Of a stretch of DNA of 64,000 nucleotides, positions 61,001-64,000 are shown in pieces. The notes under the pieces were generated by a model, which ran no database searches, was not told where the DNA came from, and saw only the letters and a list, made by a program, of their open reading frames with translations. Made by a program: the position numbers and the translations under genes. Every line of letters starts with the position of its first letter. Position 1 is the first letter of the stretch. The DNA lies in the NCBI GenBank assembly GCA_002633005.1, contig NMRA01000501.1:62001-126000 (forward strand). The letters are read 5' to 3'. Source of the DNA: Phoronis australis. Taxonomy: Eukaryota; Animalia; Phoronida.

Positions 61001-62321
61001 AGGCAAACACGTACATATAAATTGTATAAATTTTCCTGGAAGAGCCTTGTGAGCCAGTTGCGCAGTATTACCGTATGTAAAGCTCAAGCTATATGGCTCC
61101 AAAACTCTTACAATCAGAGCGTGCTGCCTGTTATTGTCTTCTCATTATTGTCATGTGCATTGCAATTTTTTATTTTAAATGTTTCAAAAAGACGGCAGTG
61201 CAGATTCATGTCAAAACAAGTAATAAATAGCAGTTTTGTAATTAATCACTTGCAAATTATGAATTTGGACATTGTGTTGTCAAATGTAGCAACATTAGAA
61301 ACACCATGGATACTTTGTGCACACGTGCAAACTTCAGTTATACAGCAAGTTGTGTGACAAGACAGTTGTGTACCTTCAGTTTCATTCAGGTCTGTTCGGT
61401 TGAACTATTCATAATTTTGACTATTATATACATGGACCTGGATGAATCATAATTGATATCGTTCGGGTTTATTGTTTTTGTTCAGAGGCCAAGATAGCTT
61501 TGGAGGACACCATCAGGCTGATGAGGGAGACTATGCAAGATCCTGAAAAAGTTCAAGGTCGTCTAGCGAAGGAGGATAAGGTGGGTTTCGTAATCTAGTC
61601 TTTGGTCATTGCAGCTGCTCATAGTGTTGTTCAATGTGTCCTTGAGCATCATGTTCTGCTGGACGATTGTGTAGACGCAAGAGTTTCGCTAATCCAGTGG
61701 TGGATCTATGATACCATAAGGGGGGCCAACATGTTGCCTTGGGGATTTGGGCAAAGCGTGGTTGTATGTGTACTGGCGTCCCGAAAATTGCAGGACCGGG
61801 AGTATGAATCTTCTGTTCGGATAATCTATCGCCAAGACTAAAAAAAATAAAATAAACAAAAAAAAAAACGTACCGCGATTCCGCGGCGGTCTGGGTTCTG
61901 AGCCCCCCCTTCTCCACTACCGGTCCTAGTTATATTTCCTCACGCTTTGCGCTGTTGCTGTTTCATTTTGCTTGCGGCATCCAAGGGGGGCCGGGCCCGC
62001 TGGGCATTCTGTGTCGTCTTCACTCAGTATGACGATTATGACGTATGATCTACAGTAGTTAAATGTTGTTAAGTTGAGACAAAAAAGAAGCATTAGAATT
62101 GTCCCTTTTAATGCTTATACTGTCAGTTGAACGTCGTGCTGTATAATAATTTGTACATGTCTTGGCAGAAAATCTGCGACCACGCTTTGAATGAGAAGAC
62201 TGCCTGGCTTGACAGTAATGCACAAGAGGCTACAACACAGGACTTTATCAATCAGAAAGAGCTGCTTGATGAGATCCTGGCCCCAATCTGGCAAAAATTG
62301 TCGGAACCACCTCGTAAGTAA
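58054..62321 (+). CDS. ANKRD45: Ankyrin repeat domain-containing protein 45; 3' end uncertain
   Basis: Exons 58054-58176, 59259-59427, 60429-60596, 61486-61580, 62169-62313 (gtaagt donor; read-through stops at 62321). GYTALHRAAAWGKL, EERARETALRYEHTECVDYLDWA, KEDK, WLDS...EILAPIWQKL match my recollection of vertebrate ANKRD45. Also adjacent to KLHL20 as in vertebrates. Confidence 0.88.
59977..60130 (+). mobile_element. tRNA-derived SINE, family B
   Basis: TGGCTCAGTGGTTAGAGC (A box), TTCAAATCC (B-box-like); body TGCACAAAGGTGTCTCCTA...GTGAATGAGAACCTG shared with 44215-44375. Confidence 0.75.
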
Positions 62322-63237
62322 ACATAGTGTTATTTTTTTGTATAACGCAATATCAATTTGCAGGGCTGCTTTTGAAATTACCAACAAATTGATAATTCAG
62401 AGAAAAGCATCAATCTATATTAGAATCGAGTTGCCAGTTCAGATTTGGCATTGTAAAGTTTAAATTTTGAAAAAATATATGCTCATTAAAGTCGTGTAGA
62501 TCTTTCTTTATAATTTTTAATTTAGTTCCTGCTCTGTATATGCTAGAATGTACTCAGTTTACAATGCATTCAGTGTATCAGTACTAGTCATTCATATGTA
62601 CTGACGTGGACTCTTCTACACGAACAGTTAAATTATCCACATGATCTAGACACAAATTAAAAGTTTAATTTAAACTCGTACATAAAAACGTTGAATGCAT
62701 GCTTGCAAGTATAGAATCATCCGCATGAACCATTTCTCATCAGGGTTCAAAACGGTCCGTGCAAATCATTTATATTTGGACACATGAAATTGTGGTTCAT
62801 TTGTGTAAGTTTGCAACAAAAATACCTAACGTAGCTGGTGATTACGTTTTTGCGGACCGTACGTGTGATGCAATGGCGCATTTGGATGATTCATTGGTTC
62901 GCGCACGTAATTCGCCAGCACTTTTGAAAATTGGTTGTCAAACAACCCTGTAATTTTTGTGGCGAATATAGCATTCTTGTGTTGTTACTGCTTGTCTGTC
63001 AGGATACAGTGTAATGGACAAGTAAGTGTCAGAGACAGTCGGAGTTGTTTCCCTTGTCAACATTACTGTTGTCACCCATGAAACTGTTACAGTAGGTTTG
63101 ACAGTACCTGTCGCACCTCAATACAACGTACCCAAGCTTTCAAGTCTCAATTTTACCTATTATTTGTCAGTCAGCCCTGGTTCAACAACAAACTATTGTT
63201 ATAACAAACAAATTTCAAAGGTCCCTTAAAAAGTATA

Positions 63238-63448
63238 GTTGCAGGTGGTCTGGTACATGAAGGCGGGCCGACTGAACTGATCACTTGTAACCTTGTTTAT
63301 GTTTTAGTAGTATATAGTTAAAGGCAATTTGAGGAACTAGAGGCCTGACCCATGGGTCTAGCAGTGTGCCTCAGTGGGACTCAAACCCACAACCTTGAGT
63401 GGTTCGGAACGAAGCAGACACGTATCCCACTATGCCACCCTGCCTCCT
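63238..63448 (-). mobile_element. SINE family A, copy with partly deleted 3' hairpin
   Basis: GGGTCTAGCAGTGTG...CAGTGGGACTCAAACCCACAACCTTGAGT and GCAGGTGGTCTGGTACA match family A. Confidence 0.75.
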
Positions 63449-63709
63449 ATTGGAGGTCCCCTTATGTACGTTGTGTCGAGGCTCGACTGCATGTTGTTTT
63501 GTATCTTTTAGTTGATAGTATTTGAGAAAGTTGTACTTTTTTGTATCACTTATTGCTCACATCAAGAATAGTGGGCCTGTTTTTTAGAGGTCATGTGCCC
63601 AGTCCTACCTAAAAAACTGTCATGTATTAGTTTTTTTCTGACATACCTCTTTGACGAATCAGTCAAACACCACAGGGGGCATTAGTGAGCAAAAATCAAA
63701 TATTGTTCT

Positions 63710-63985
63710 CAGCATCCTCATTGGCTAATGATGTACAAAATTCAAACGTCCTCATTGGCTGGTGATACATAAAATTCATGTATGCTTTATTTATTCGTTG
63801 GATACAAAATTCATAATAATGTCAGCGTTTTTTTTTAAGCATACATTGGATAGTGGTGCACAAAAATTCAAGTGTTGTTAATATCTACATTCATTTGGAT
63901 ACAAAAGTCTATATATTCAGCTCTTGTAATATCCACTTTGGGTACTGGTGTAGATTAATATGAAATTACCTCCATTGGCTAGCAT
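63710..63985 (+). repeat. Degenerate minisatellite-like tract
   Basis: Recurrent CATTGGCT / TTGGAT ... ACAAAATTCA units. Confidence 0.55.
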
Positions 63986-64000
63986 ATAAAGGAATACAAA

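Overview
AT-rich, intron-rich animal genomic DNA, most likely an invertebrate (the PBX and KLHL20 peptides look protostome-like; the taxon cannot be fixed from this window). Reading exons by hand gives four conserved genes in two head-to-head pairs: PBX/extradenticle (-, only coding exons 1-2 in the window), MAPKAP1/SIN1 (+, 11 coding exons, about 504 aa), KLHL20/diablo (-, 7 coding exons, about 576 aa) and ANKRD45 (+, at least 5 coding exons). Both pairs are also divergent neighbours in human (PBX3-MAPKAP1 on 9q33, ANKRD45-KLHL20 on 1q25), which suggests an ancient linkage block. Introns carry many MITEs, two tRNA-derived SINE families and a TIR element with an internal array of a 17-bp motif. 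Two near-identical duplications each start at an N and are probably uncollapsed haplotypes. Most ORF-track entries are noise. I found no prokaryotic-type system and no clearly novel biological system; the best leads are regulatory and evolutionary.
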